64,000 bases of DNA from Deltaproteobacteria bacterium (GCA_040218735.1 JAVJQW010000017.1:160001-224000); one strand, 5' to 3'. Shown: positions 10,005 to 22,071, numbered from the stretch's first letter. Numbers and translations: made by a program. The notes: generated from the sequence alone by a model not told the origin.

Positions 10005-10832
10005 ATGAAACAGGAGATTCGCTACCTGGATCGTGACTTCGACTGGATTCGGACGACGATCAAGTCGAAGACTGGCATCAACCTGGGCGAGGAGAAGCGC
10101 GACCTGGTCTACAACCGGCTCGCGCGGCGCGTCCGAGGTTACGGCCTCGCCGACTTCTCGGCGTACATCGACTACGTCACGAAGAACCCGGCGGAGGAGA
10201 TGGAGTCGTTGATCAACGCGATCACGACGAACGTCACCGCGTTCTACCGGGAGCCCCACCACTTCGAACAACTCACTCGGTTCATCCGGACGATCCCGGC
10301 CAACCACCGGGGCGGCCGCAAGCTGCGCGTCTGGTCGGCAGGTTGCTCGAGCGGAATGGAGCCCTACACCATCGCGATCACCATTCAAGAGGCCACGCGC
10401 GGTCAGAAGGGCTGGGACGCCAAGATCCTCGCGACGGATCTCGACACCGAGATCCTCCGAAAGGCGGCGGCGGGTGAGTACCGGGACAACGCGGTGAAGG
10501 ATGTCGACAAACCTCTCCGGTCTCGCTACTTCGTCGATGGGAAGGCAGCCAACCAGGGCCGGTCGAAAGTCACACCCGAGCTCAGGAATCTCATCACGTT
10601 CAAGCGCCTCAACCTCATGAGCCAGTGGCCCATGAAACACCCGTTCGACGTCATCTTCTGTCGAAACGTGATGATCTATTTCGACAAACCCACCCAGGCC
10701 TCACTCCTGGAGCGTTTCGTCGACCGTCTGGCCGTCGGAGGCCTCCTGTGCATCGGGCACAGCGAATCCATTCCGCCGTCGATGGACCGGTTGGAGTCCC
10801 TCGGAAAGACCGCCTTCCGGAAGGTCAAATGA
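10005..10832 (+). CDS. cheR: Chemotaxis methyltransferase CheR
   Basis: ITTNVTAFYREPHHF, RVWSAGCSSGMEPYTIA, DVIFCRNVMIYFD. Confidence 0.97.
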   Translation: MKQEIRYLDRDFDWIRTTIKSKTGINLGEEKRDLVYNRLARRVRGYGLADFSAYIDYVTKNPAEEMESLINAITTNVTAFYREPHHFEQLTRFIRTIPANHRGGRKLRVWSAGCSSGMEPYTIAITIQEATRGQKGWDAKILATDLDTEILRKAAAGEYRDNAVKDVDKPLRSRYFVDGKAANQGRSKVTPELRNLITFKRLNLMSQWPMKHPFDVIFCRNVMIYFDKPTQASLLERFVDRLAVGGLLCIGHSESIPPSMDRLESLGKTAFRKVK

Positions 10833-11470
10833 ACGTGGCCACGAAACAACCGGGGCCATGCCTGCCGGGTTTCGAAGCCATCCGCAGGTTCTGGGATGTG
10901 CGATGTGACAGCGTCGTCGCCCAGATCAACCCCGGAGAGTTCTACGTGACCCGCGGTGAGGAGCGAATTTCCACCGTGCTGGGTTCGTGTGTCTCGGCCT
11001 GTATCTGGTCTCCTCAGGCCGGGATCGGGGGGATGAACCACTTCATGCTCCCGCTCTCGGACGGCGACGTCTCGACGGCCTGGAAGAAGGTCGACGCCAA
11101 GAACGCGTCGACCCGCTACGGCGACTTCGCGATGGAGCGCTTGGTCAACGAGCTCATCAAGTACGGCGCGAATCGCCTCGACCTCCGCGTCAAGCTGGTC
11201 GGTGGCGGGATGATGTGGGCGTCCGAAGGCGGCATCGGTCAGCGCAACATCGAGTTCGCGAAGGACTACGTTCGCCGCGAGAACCTCCGCCTCGAGGGGT
11301 CCGATCTCGGCCTCCCGGTCGCGCGACGCGTGCTGTTCGACCCTCGGGCAGGGCGCGTCAAAGTGAAGAAGCTGGCCTCGGATGCCGCCGGTGCTCTGGC
11401 GAAACGCGAGCGCACGTACAAGCAACAGATCGCCAAGAAGCCCGTCGCGGGTGAGATCGATCTGTTCTGA
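10829..11470 (+). CDS. cheD: Chemoreceptor glutamine deamidase CheD
   Basis: [33 protein letters not shown]; ATGA overlap with the cheR stop fixes the start at 10829. Confidence 0.95.
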   Translation: MNVATKQPGPCLPGFEAIRRFWDVRCDSVVAQINPGEFYVTRGEERISTVLGSCVSACIWSPQAGIGGMNHFMLPLSDGDVSTAWKKVDAKNASTRYGDFAMERLVNELIKYGANRLDLRVKLVGGGMMWASEGGIGQRNIEFAKDYVRRENLRLEGSDLGLPVARRVLFDPRAGRVKVKKLASDAAGALAKRERTYKQQIAKKPVAGEIDLF

Positions 11471-11487
11471 CTACGGAAGGAAGACGC

Positions 11488-12585
11488 ATGTCGAAGAAGA
11501 TCAAGGTACTCATCGTCGACGACTCGGCGCTCGTGCGGAAGCTCCTCACGGAGATCCTCGGCGGCGACCGTCAGATCGAAGTCGTGGGTACCGCCGCGGA
11601 ACCCTACGCCGCGCGCAACAAGATCAAATCCCTCAATCCGGACGTGATCACGTTGGACGTGGAGATGCCGAGGATGGACGGCCTTACGTTCCTCGAGCAC
11701 CTGATGCGGCTGCGTCCGATGCCGGTGGTGATGGTCTCGTCCCTCACCGAGCAGGGCGCCGACACGACGATGCGAGCGTTGGAGCTCGGCGCGGTCGACT
11801 TCGTGACCAAGCCGAAGATCGACCTCGCCCACACCCTCACGGACTACGCCGACGAGCTCCGCGCGAAGGTGAAGACCGCCGCGGGCGCACGGGTTCGCCA
11901 GCTCGCGCGCAAGCCCACGATGAAGGTCAACCCGAAGCACTCGGCGGACGCCGTGCTGAAGAAGGTCGACCGGCCGGTGCACTTCCGCACGACGGATCGC
12001 ATCGTCGCGATCGGCGCGTCGACGGGCGGCACCGAAGCCATCAAAGAGGTGCTGCTCGACATCCCGGCGGACTCACCAATCATCGTCATCGCACAGCACA
12101 TCCCGGAGAGCTTCAGCCTCGCGTTCGCGAAGCGGCTCGACAAGACCGTGGCCGTTCGTGTGTCCGAGGCGCGCGACGGCCAGCAGCTCCTTCCGGGACA
12201 CGCGTACGTGGCGCCGGGTGGGCAGCACTTCGTCGTGAAGCGCAACGGCGCGCGGTACGTCGCAGAGCTCAACAAGGGCCCCGCGGTGAACCGTCACCGG
12301 CCTTCGGTGGACGTGCTCTTCCGCTCCGTCGCGCAGAACGCCGGCCCCAACGCGATCGGCGTCCTACTCACGGGCATGGGCGACGACGGCGCCGCCGGGC
12401 TCCTCGAGCTCAAGGAGGCCGGAGCGCCGACGATCGCGCAGGACAAGAACACGAGCGTCGTCTGGGGCATGCCGGGCGAAGCCGTCAAACTCGGAGCCGC
12501 GATGGAGCAGCTCCCCCTACAAAATGTCGCCTCGCGCATTCTCGAAATTGCGCGTGGCAAGGCCTCGATGAAGCGAGCTGGCTAG
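11488..12585 (+). CDS. cheB: Chemotaxis response regulator methylesterase CheB
   Basis: Receiver VLIVDDS/LDVEMP; esterase [28 protein letters not shown]. Confidence 0.98.
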   Translation: MSKKIKVLIVDDSALVRKLLTEILGGDRQIEVVGTAAEPYAARNKIKSLNPDVITLDVEMPRMDGLTFLEHLMRLRPMPVVMVSSLTEQGADTTMRALELGAVDFVTKPKIDLAHTLTDYADELRAKVKTAAGARVRQLARKPTMKVNPKHSADAVLKKVDRPVHFRTTDRIVAIGASTGGTEAIKEVLLDIPADSPIIVIAQHIPESFSLAFAKRLDKTVAVRVSEARDGQQLLPGHAYVAPGGQHFVVKRNGARYVAELNKGPAVNRHRPSVDVLFRSVAQNAGPNAIGVLLTGMGDDGAAGLLELKEAGAPTIAQDKNTSVVWGMPGEAVKLGAAMEQLPLQNVASRILEIARGKASMKRAG

Positions 12586-12587
12586 GC

Positions 12588-12614
12588 TCAATGTTGGACA
12601 CCATCAACCGATAA
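12588..12614 (+). promoter_or_regulatory. Putative sigma28-type promoter of cheY
   Basis: TCAA-N15-ACCGATAA in the short intergenic gap. Confidence 0.7.
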
Positions 12615-12628
12615 ATAGGTACAGCACC

Positions 12629-12991
12629 ATGGCTCACATTCTCGCAGTGGATGACTCTCCTTCGATGCGCGCGCTGGTTCTGGCGACGCTGGAAGACGCC
12701 GGACACCAGGTGACCCAGGCGTCCGACGGCGTCGAGGCCCTAGAGAAGGCCAGGTCGGGCGCCGTCAACCTCGTGCTCGCCGACGTCAACATGCCGAACA
12801 TGGACGGCATCACGTTGGTGAAGGAGCTTCGGGGCCTCGACACGTACAAATTCGTGCCGATCCTGATGCTCACCACCGAGGTGAACGCGGACCGCAAGAA
12901 AGCCGCGAAGGACGCCGGCGCGACCGGGTGGCTCGTGAAGCCGTTCGATCCCTCGCAGCTCCTCGCGACGATCGAACGCGTCCTCCCCTGA
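12629..12991 (+). CDS. cheY: Single-domain response regulator CheY
   Basis: ILAVDDS, LADVNMPNMDG, MLTTE, GATGWLVKPF; located in the che cluster. Confidence 0.92.
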   Translation: MAHILAVDDSPSMRALVLATLEDAGHQVTQASDGVEALEKARSGAVNLVLADVNMPNMDGITLVKELRGLDTYKFVPILMLTTEVNADRKKAAKDAGATGWLVKPFDPSQLLATIERVLP

Positions 12992-13019
12992 CCGGCCCGA
13001 ACCTGATTCGAGTTGCCGA

Positions 13020-13445
13020 TCAAGCGCTCGCGCTGAGCGCCGCTCGAGCGACGAGCCCCGCGAACACGAGCACCAACACCACTCCCACCGTGAAGATTCG
13101 CCGACGCGTCGGAACGTGATTGCGCGTGGTGTGGACGAGCGCGTGCGCGATGCGACTCGCCACGAACGCCCAGGCCACCCCAACGGCCCACCCATCCACG
13201 GCGTCCAGGACACACAGCGACAACGCCAACACGTAGAACAGCACCGGGACCTCGAACTGGTTCCGGATGCAGTTGTTCACTTGGATGACGTGGTCGGGCC
13301 AGGCGTCCTCGAACAGCGCTCGGCGCGCCTCGTTCACCTCGCCCGCGCGGGCCGCGCGTTTCTTACGGACGACCAAGACCACGTAGAGCACGATCGTCAG
13401 GAGCACCTGGACGACGAGCGGGAGAGTCAGCGATACGCGGCTCAC
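13020..13445 (-). CDS. MAPEG-family membrane protein
   Basis: NQFEVPVLFY, FVASRIAHALVH; several hydrophobic helices. Confidence 0.85.
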   Translation of the reverse strand: MSRVSLTLPLVVQVLLTIVLYVVLVVRKKRAARAGEVNEARRALFEDAWPDHVIQVNNCIRNQFEVPVLFYVLALSLCVLDAVDGWAVGVAWAFVASRIAHALVHTTRNHVPTRRRIFTVGVVLVLVFAGLVARAALSASA

Positions 13446-14134
13446 GACGCTCGCTTCTTGCCGACGAAGTAGATGCCGTAGCCGAACGGCGTGCGCGCGA
13501 GCTTGTCCTTCGGGATGAGGCCGTCGAGATACTTGAGCGGACCGAACACCGCGTGCGAGGCGCCGCGCGCCGCCTTGCGGGCGAGCCCCTCCCCTTCCAG
13601 TAGCCGCCCCGACAGGTACATCGCGCTCGTCGCGAGCGCGCTCATCGGACCGATGTGTGTCCCCGCCCGGACCTGGTCGAAGCCGCCGCGGTCGAACAAC
13701 AACCTCAGGCCCGCGAGCGTGAACCGCCAGTAGTCCTCGGGCTCGGGGTTGTAGGGCTGGAACATCCCGACCTCCAGGTGCACGAGGCCCCCGGTGCGCA
13801 GCACGCGATTGAATTCGGACACGACCTTCGCCGGGTCGTGGCAGAGGTTGAGCGTGCCCGTGCAGACCGCGAGGTCGTACGCCGCGTCGTCGAGCGGCAG
13901 CGCGTGGGCGTCACCGACGAGGTCGACGTTCGGACCCGGCGCGACGTCGACACACACCGCGTCGGGACGAATGCGCCGACCGCCGGCGCCGATGTCGCAG
14001 ATCTTCGCGTCCAGGGCCAACGCGGCGAGGGTGTCGTCCAGCGGACGTTCCACGCGCCACGTCGGCTCGAGGAGCCGCATCAACGGATTGGGATGGGGTT
14101 CGCGGTCGTCCGTCACCATCGCGGCGCGGACCAT
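13442..14134 (-). CDS. Class I SAM-dependent methyltransferase
   Basis: ICDIGAGG, GDAHALP, RVLRTGG motifs. Confidence 0.85.
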   Translation of the reverse strand: MVRAAMVTDDREPHPNPLMRLLEPTWRVERPLDDTLAALALDAKICDIGAGGRRIRPDAVCVDVAPGPNVDLVGDAHALPLDDAAYDLAVCTGTLNLCHDPAKVVSEFNRVLRTGGLVHLEVGMFQPYNPEPEDYWRFTLAGLRLLFDRGGFDQVRAGTHIGPMSALATSAMYLSGRLLEGEGLARKAARGASHAVFGPLKYLDGLIPKDKLARTPFGYGIYFVGKKRAS

Positions 14135-14144
14135 ACCATCGCGT

Positions 14145-14224
14145 GGGGTCCGGAAGGGCCCGCGCAGCGAGGCGAAGCCGAGCGAAGGGCCGCAGGCGAG
14201 CTTGCTCGCCGATAACGGCCAAGA
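14145..14224. repeat. Intergenic multi-hairpin (REP-like) element
   Basis: GGGTCC-GGAA-GGGCCC, GGC-GAA-GCC and GGCGAG-CTTG-CTCGCC stems fill the gap between ftsH and the methyltransferase gene. Confidence 0.5.
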
Positions 14225-16177
<1,953 letters not shown>

Positions 16178-16204
16178 CGTTCGTCTTCTTCCCGAACAGG
16201 AACC

Positions 16205-17263
16205 CTAAAGCTCCTGCGCGTCCAGCATTCTATGATTCAATGTCCAGAACACCCAAACTTCCTTTGTTGTTTCTCCAACTTCCGCGCCTGAAGCACGGAG
16301 GAGTCCGGGGATCCAGAGGACTTGCCCGTCGGCCTCGACCACCCACACCGCCGACCGGGCCTCGACGGGCACGCCGCCCTCGCGGAGGACGTCACGGACC
16401 TTGCGGTGGAACGACCGACCGAAAGGTCGGATACGGTCGCCCGGTCGGACCGGGCGGACGGTGAACGCGCCGATCGCCCCCGCGTCGAACACCGCCTCGG
16501 CGCGACCGTCCGGGACGGCGCCGCCCGACCAGCCTCGACGCTCGAAGGCGACGGGGTTCGGCGTGAACGAGGGTGCGACGGGTGCACGAACGGGTACATC
16601 GGCACTTTCGACTCGTTGTGAAACACCGTCCGCACTTCGCGCTAAACGCCCCCTCAGACCCGGCCGATAGCGGCGCTCCATCAACGGGAGGAGCTCTTTG
16701 CGGATCCGGTTGCGCAGATACCGCGGCTCCAGGTTCGAAGGATCGTCGCGCCAGATGAGCCCGTGGCGTTCGGCGTGCTTTCGAAGCACCGACTTCGGGA
16801 CGTCCAGCAGCGGACGAAGAATCGTGTCGCGTTGGCGCGGGATCCCCTTCGCGCGCCCCGTCCGGATCAGACTCAACAGGACCGACTCCGCCTGGTCGTC
16901 CTCGGTGTGGGCGGTGAGCACGAACGCAGCGTCGGCCTCGGATCGCATCCGAGCGAGCGCGGCGTAACGCGCGTCGCGCAGATCGGCTTCGGCCGCGGAG
17001 GCGGGCGTCACCCGCTCCGTGAGGAACGCGGCACCGATCGTGTCGGCGAACGCACGCACCGCCTCGGCGTCCGCGGCGGAGCCCGGCCGCACGCCGTGGT
17101 CCACGTGCCCGAGCACAAGCCGCCGCGCCCCATACAGAGTAGCGACCGCATCCGCGAGCACCGTCGAGTCGAGGCCGCCGGAGCACGCGACGAGCAGCCG
17201 CGTCTCTCCCCGGCGCGTCACGCCGAGCGGCTCGAGGGTTCGCTCGATGGCGGCGAGCAACAT
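16205..17263 (-). CDS. tilS: tRNA(Ile)-lysidine synthetase
   Basis: PP-loop ACSGGLDS, VDHG, TAHTEDDQAE, RPLL, DPSN, RNRIR; upstream of ftsH; start uncertain. Confidence 0.93.
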   Translation of the reverse strand: MLLAAIERTLEPLGVTRRGETRLLVACSGGLDSTVLADAVATLYGARRLVLGHVDHGVRPGSAADAEAVRAFADTIGAAFLTERVTPASAAEADLRDARYAALARMRSEADAAFVLTAHTEDDQAESVLLSLIRTGRAKGIPRQRDTILRPLLDVPKSVLRKHAERHGLIWRDDPSNLEPRYLRNRIRKELLPLMERRYRPGLRGRLARSADGVSQRVESADVPVRAPVAPSFTPNPVAFERRGWSGGAVPDGRAEAVFDAGAIGAFTVRPVRPGDRIRPFGRSFHRKVRDVLREGGVPVEARSAVWVVEADGQVLWIPGLLRASGAEVGETTKEVWVFWTLNHRMLDAQEL

Positions 17264-17316
17264 CGAGCCCGCAGCACACCCCGACGGGCACGCTGCGGGC
17301 AAGCGACCGTTCGCGC

Positions 17317-20300
17317 CTACGGCGCTTCGGTCATCGTCTCGACGTTGACGATCCGCAGCTTCCCGTCGGTGACCATCGCGGCGGTCGACCAGTGCCGCCC
17401 GTTGGCGAACTGGAACAACGTCGCGACGTCGGACGCGGTCCCGATCGCCGGCTGGTCGGCGGTGTCGATCGACGACTGCGTGATCTTGTACCCCATCGGC
17501 CGCGCACGGTTGCTCGTGTCGATCAGCGGCACGATGTAATACGGACGCATCACCGACCGCGGGAGGTCACCGAGCCGCGTGATCGCCCCGCCCTGACGCG
17601 TGACGATCGGAACGATCGAAGTCCCGGCCGGCGTGATCTGCCACGACGTCTGATCCATGTCGTCGCCCGCGGTGCGGTACGCCGTGACGTAGAAGGACGT
17701 GAAGTCCTCCTTCTGCACGTGGACCACGCGGACGTCGAAGCCCGGCGGGCTCGCCTGGTTCTGCGCCGTCGCGACCCGCGACACCGTGAGGCCGTCGGGC
17801 GAGATGTCGAACACCAACGGACGGACCCGGCCCGTCGACGTCCGCGTCGCGATGACCACGCGACCGTTCGTCGACGATCCCGTCGCAGAGGCCTCCAGGA
17901 AGGTGTCGGGCGAGACGTAGCTCCCCCGCTCGACGAGCGTGTCGTTCAGCGCGATGTCCCACGCGGTGACCTTCAGGTTCCCGGCCGGCGTGATAGCCGC
18001 GGTCACGAGCTCGGCGTCGACGCCGCCCGGGATCTTCGCGAGCTTCGCGAGGCTCACGGGGAAGCCGCCGTCGGTGTCCTTCAGGGTGATGTTCCCCAGC
18101 GGATCGACGCGGTAGCTGCTCAACGACAGGTCCCCCTTCACGTTCCGCATCACGGTCACGAAACGGGACGCGCTGATCCCCAACACCTCGACGCCGGAGC
18201 CGGAGCCGATGACCTTCCAGTCGTCCTCGACCACGCCGAACCCGACGCGTTTGTACGTCGCGACCTCCATCTGGTCGGCCTCCCCGCGAGTGGCGACGAC
18301 GAAGCGGCTGCTCGCCGGGAGCCGGTCGATCGCAACCTCGCTTGCATCGTGCGAGGTCGTCATGTCGTCGCGCGACGACAGGATCATCATCGGCAGACAC
18401 GACGGCGACGCTCCGGTCGCGAAGTCGAACGCGTACTTGAACAGCTCGTCGGCCTCGGGCGAGCCGCGTTTGCTGTTGATCGACAGCACCGCCTGCGCGT
18501 TGCCATCGAGCAGCGTCGCGAAGGACGTGGTGGCGCCCGCGCCGTTCTTCCCGAGCACCGCGTCGCCGCCCGCCCGCGCGACGTACGGAGGCTCGAAGCC
18601 CACCGCCGTCGCGCCGCCGTCGAGATCGAGGAGCCCGGTGTCGAGCATGACGTCGGTGTTCGCGGGCGAGAGGATGCCGCGGCCCTGCAGCGCTTCGAGC
18701 ACCGCGACCATGTCGTCGGCGGTCCCTTGCCAGCCGCCGGCGCCGCAGTTGCGCGACCATCCGTTCACGCGGTTCGGGTCGGCTTGCGTGTACGTCTCGC
18801 CGCCGAGCGGGAAGCAGGTGTCGCCGTCCATGCAGAACTGGAAGTACTTCGACTCCATGTCGTCCAGGCAGCTCGGCCCGTTCTCTACGACTTCGTCGAG
18901 CCAGAGCTCCTTGATCATCTGATCGAGATCCGGCGTCGTCGTGATGCCGGCGGTCGTCTGGTTCAGCACCCGGAGCGCCGTGAAGTTGGTGTTCACGTAG
19001 TCGCGCTTGCACTCGAGTCGACCGGGTGGCGGCGTCGGATCACACATCAGCGGCGCATCGGTGCTGAAGAAGTCCGAGCAGTCGACCTGGAGCGCGTCGT
19101 TCTCGCCACACCCCGGCGTGGTCGCGCCCGTCCAGCCGGACGTCTGCGTCATCAGGTTGTACGGCGTGCGCGCGGTGACCCACGCGGCGAGCGAGCCGTA
19201 CCCCGAGCCCGCGAGCTGCGGCGCGATCGAGCCGTTCAGGTTCAAGTCGCCGCGGTCGTCGAGCGCGAGCGTGGTCAGCGTCGTCATCAGCTTACCGACG
19301 CTCCCGTAGTTGATCACCGAGTCGCGCGTCATCGGGAGCGGCCCCGGCGCGAGACGTTTGTGCCCGTGGGCGCGCGAGAGGATCTGCTTGCCGCCCTGCG
19401 AGACCGACAGCTGGTAGCCGACGGCGCGGTGCGCGAGGTTGTCGTGCACACACTCGGCGAGGCGACCCATCTGATCCATCGTGAGCTTTCGGCTGTTGTC
19501 GACGTCGGTCTCCAGCTCGACGCCGACCATGAACGTCTGTCCGTTGCGGCGGTACGTGAGCACCTCGTCGTACGCGAAGCCGGTCGACGTCATCGACATC
19601 ACCGTCCCGGTCACGACCGTCGAGAACGGATCGAACGCCCGCAACATCGTGAACCCGTCGCGCCGGTAGAGGAGGAAGCCGTAGGTGTCGACGTCGACCT
19701 CGACGAACCGCGCGAGCTGGAAGCCGCTCCACAGCACCTGGTCGTACTTCACGACGGACTCGAGGCCGCTGCCGTCGATCGCCACGATTCGCGCGCGCCC
19801 CTCCTCGGTCGGTGACTGCCCGAACGACGAATAGGGGTCGCCGGCTTCCTTGTAGAGGACGCGGTAGACCTGACCGTCCACGTCGATGTGATCGGCGGTG
19901 CTCCACCCGGCCGACACCGTCTCGGCGCCCGCGAGGCCCCACGGGAACGCCGGGCGCTGCACCGCCGTTCCGCCCGAGAACGTGTCGAGCGCGAACTGGC
20001 GCGGCGTGCCCTGGTCGAACACGTCGAAGACGTTCTTGTGCTGCAACGCGGGCGTGTAGAGCGGCTTCGGGGAGGCGAGCTCGACACGCCCCTCCTTGTC
20101 GATCGGGTAGGCGAGCATCTTCCCGTCGGCGGGCTTGGCCAAATACAGGTGCGGCCCGGAGACTTCTTCGCCGACGCCGATGCCGCGCCACCCGGTACCT
20201 TCGACCTCGCCCTGTTGGACGACGCCGAGGCTCAGGCCCGTGTCGTCGAGGCCGAGCACGGTGAACTCACCGCTGCCGCCGGACATGACGATCAGATAGT

Positions 20301-20532
20301 CGGCGTCGCGCACGGTGTAGATCGCAGCGAGATCGTAGGAGGCGTCGCCCGCGGGGACGAGGGTCGTGTCCGTCGGTAGACCGAAGACACCCGTGGAAGA
20401 GATCGGACGGATTTCGACGCGCGCTTGCGTCGGCGCGGCGAGGGCCGTCGACGCCGACGTGCTCACGGCGAGCGTCGTGAGGGCCGCGAGCCAGCCGCGG
20501 CGAAGTGATGGAATCGAGGACATCGGGAACAC
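17317..20532 (-). CDS. Large secreted serine hydrolase (beta-lactamase/class C-like core) flanked by beta-rich domains
   Basis: Signal peptide ending ALA-A; SxxK YGSVGKLMT; YxN (DYVNTNF); KNG; beta-strand-rich flanks. Confidence 0.75.
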   Translation of the reverse strand: MFPMSSIPSLRRGWLAALTTLAVSTSASTALAAPTQARVEIRPISSTGVFGLPTDTTLVPAGDASYDLAAIYTVRDADYLIVMSGGSGEFTVLGLDDTGLSLGVVQQGEVEGTGWRGIGVGEEVSGPHLYLAKPADGKMLAYPIDKEGRVELASPKPLYTPALQHKNVFDVFDQGTPRQFALDTFSGGTAVQRPAFPWGLAGAETVSAGWSTADHIDVDGQVYRVLYKEAGDPYSSFGQSPTEEGRARIVAIDGSGLESVVKYDQVLWSGFQLARFVEVDVDTYGFLLYRRDGFTMLRAFDPFSTVVTGTVMSMTSTGFAYDEVLTYRRNGQTFMVGVELETDVDNSRKLTMDQMGRLAECVHDNLAHRAVGYQLSVSQGGKQILSRAHGHKRLAPGPLPMTRDSVINYGSVGKLMTTLTTLALDDRGDLNLNGSIAPQLAGSGYGSLAAWVTARTPYNLMTQTSGWTGATTPGCGENDALQVDCSDFFSTDAPLMCDPTPPPGRLECKRDYVNTNFTALRVLNQTTAGITTTPDLDQMIKELWLDEVVENGPSCLDDMESKYFQFCMDGDTCFPLGGETYTQADPNRVNGWSRNCGAGGWQGTADDMVAVLEALQGRGILSPANTDVMLDTGLLDLDGGATAVGFEPPYVARAGGDAVLGKNGAGATTSFATLLDGNAQAVLSINSKRGSPEADELFKYAFDFATGASPSCLPMMILSSRDDMTTSHDASEVAIDRLPASSRFVVATRGEADQMEVATYKRVGFGVVEDDWKVIGSGSGVEVLGISASRFVTVMRNVKGDLSLSSYRVDPLGNITLKDTDGGFPVSLAKLAKIPGGVDAELVTAAITPAGNLKVTAWDIALNDTLVERGSYVSPDTFLEASATGSSTNGRVVIATRTSTGRVRPLVFDISPDGLTVSRVATAQNQASPPGFDVRVVHVQKEDFTSFYVTAYRTAGDDMDQTSWQITPAGTSIVPIVTRQGGAITRLGDLPRSVMRPYYIVPLIDTSNRARPMGYKITQSSIDTADQPAIGTASDVATLFQFANGRHWSTAAMVTDGKLRIVNVETMTEAP

Positions 20533-20587
20533 TCCTTGGCGCCACGTTGGGTGTGGCTGCCTCGTGAGTGCGCCGCGTCGACCTCGC

Positions 20588-21973
20588 TTATTCGGCGTTC
20601 TGCAGGGACGCCATCGTGAACAGCTCCGGCCACACGTCCACGCCGCACGGCAGGTCCTCGCACCAGTCGAAGAAGCGGTTCACCATCTCGCGTCCGACGA
20701 GGATCGATCCGTGCTGCGGCGCGATCGTCTCCACGTCGAGCTGCCGCGCCGCCCTCGCCCACGCCCGCAGCGCGGCGCCCGTCGCGATGTAGCGCCGGTG
20801 GAAGCCGGCCATGTGCTCGACGTGCGCGTCGAAGTCCCTCACGACCGGGTCTTCCGTTCCCATCGACGCGCCGACGTCACCGGAGAAGAGGACCTTCGAC
20901 GTCGGGTCGTAGACGTGAAAGTTGCCGGGGGAGTGGAGGAAGTGCGCCGGGACGAGGATGAGTTTGGCGTCGCCGAGCTTCAGCACCATGCCTTCGTCCG
21001 GGATGGGGTGCAGCCGACTCTCGAGGAGGCGATCGATCCCGAAGTGCGGCAGGAACCGAACCCACAGGCGCGACACGTAGGCGTCGGCGTCGGTGTCCAT
21101 CAGCCACGCGTTGAGCGACGTGCCGATGTCCGGGTCCTGGTGGGACAGGAAGATGTGATCGAGGCGCCCCTTGCCGAGCCTCAACATCGTCTCCGCGTAG
21201 ACGTCCGGGTAGACCTTCGGCCCTCCGGGATCGAGGACCATGCCGTGGCCGTCGTGCACGATCAGGAACTGGTTCGCCTGCACCGCGAGGCCGCGTCCGA
21301 AGTCGTGCAGCCACACGTTGCTGTGCACGCCGTCGTCGTACAGGGACGCGCCCGCTTCGAGGTTCTCGAACGCGACGACGGAGCGACGCTCCGGTTCGTC
21401 CGAGAGCGTCCGCGCGTCGATGAACGACGGCTCCGCCGGCTCCTCGGGCTCGGGCGGAGGCGACTTCACGAGCGCCGCCAGCGCCTCGCGATCGCCGGCG
21501 GCGGACAGGTCCGCCTCCACGTTCGCGAGCTGCGCGCAGAGCACCTCGTCCTGGTCCTCGCGGAGCGCGCGTTCCACGAACGGGAAGAGGATCTCGTCCT
21601 CCTTGTCGACGTGTGCGCGGACCAGCGCGACGTAGTGGGTCGCGCTGTCGTGTAACAGCGCGCTCGCCGAAGGATCCCCCTCCGCCGCCTCCGGCAGGGC
21701 GCGTACCGCCGCCTTGAGGTACGCGCGCGCCATGAAGTGCTCCTTCGTCATCGCCTCCAACGCGCCGTGCACCATCTCGCGCAGCTCACCGCGCACCACG
21801 GGGAAGAGGACCTCCTCCTCCTTCTGCTGGTGCACACCGTCGACGAAGCGTTCGAGGAGGGTGAGGAGGCGCTCGATCTCGGCGTACGCCGGCGGTGCAA
21901 TCGCGAGCTCGAGGCGGTCGAGCGCCGAGCGGATGAGCACGTGCTCGTCGCGGAGCACATCGAAGGCCTTCAT
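20588..21973 (-). CDS. Hemerythrin domain fused to ODP-type metallo-beta-lactamase-fold di-iron domain
   Basis: N-term LRDEH, HQQKEEEVLFP, EH, HVDKEDEILFP; C-term QANQFLI, LDPGG, SHQDPD, PAHFLHSPGN, LFSGDVG, IAPQHG. Confidence 0.88.
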   Translation of the reverse strand: MKAFDVLRDEHVLIRSALDRLELAIAPPAYAEIERLLTLLERFVDGVHQQKEEEVLFPVVRGELREMVHGALEAMTKEHFMARAYLKAAVRALPEAAEGDPSASALLHDSATHYVALVRAHVDKEDEILFPFVERALREDQDEVLCAQLANVEADLSAAGDREALAALVKSPPPEPEEPAEPSFIDARTLSDEPERRSVVAFENLEAGASLYDDGVHSNVWLHDFGRGLAVQANQFLIVHDGHGMVLDPGGPKVYPDVYAETMLRLGKGRLDHIFLSHQDPDIGTSLNAWLMDTDADAYVSRLWVRFLPHFGIDRLLESRLHPIPDEGMVLKLGDAKLILVPAHFLHSPGNFHVYDPTSKVLFSGDVGASMGTEDPVVRDFDAHVEHMAGFHRRYIATGAALRAWARAARQLDVETIAPQHGSILVGREMVNRFFDWCEDLPCGVDVWPELFTMASLQNAE

Positions 21974-22071
21974 GGGCGCGATGGGATCCAAGCCACGTGC
22001 CGCGGCACACGCCGACGAATCCCGCGCGGGTCCGTTACGAGGTCGTGATCAGGAGCTACGCGGCGGTAACG

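Noticed and set aside
10625-10828. 68-aa N-terminal extension of CheD in the ORF track
   Set aside because: Overlaps cheR; the ATGA-coupled start at 10829 gives a normal-length CheD.
14208-14215. Perfect sigma28 -10 box GCCGATAA
   Set aside because: No -35 at 15-nt spacing, part of a hairpin element, and it would fire antisense into ftsH.
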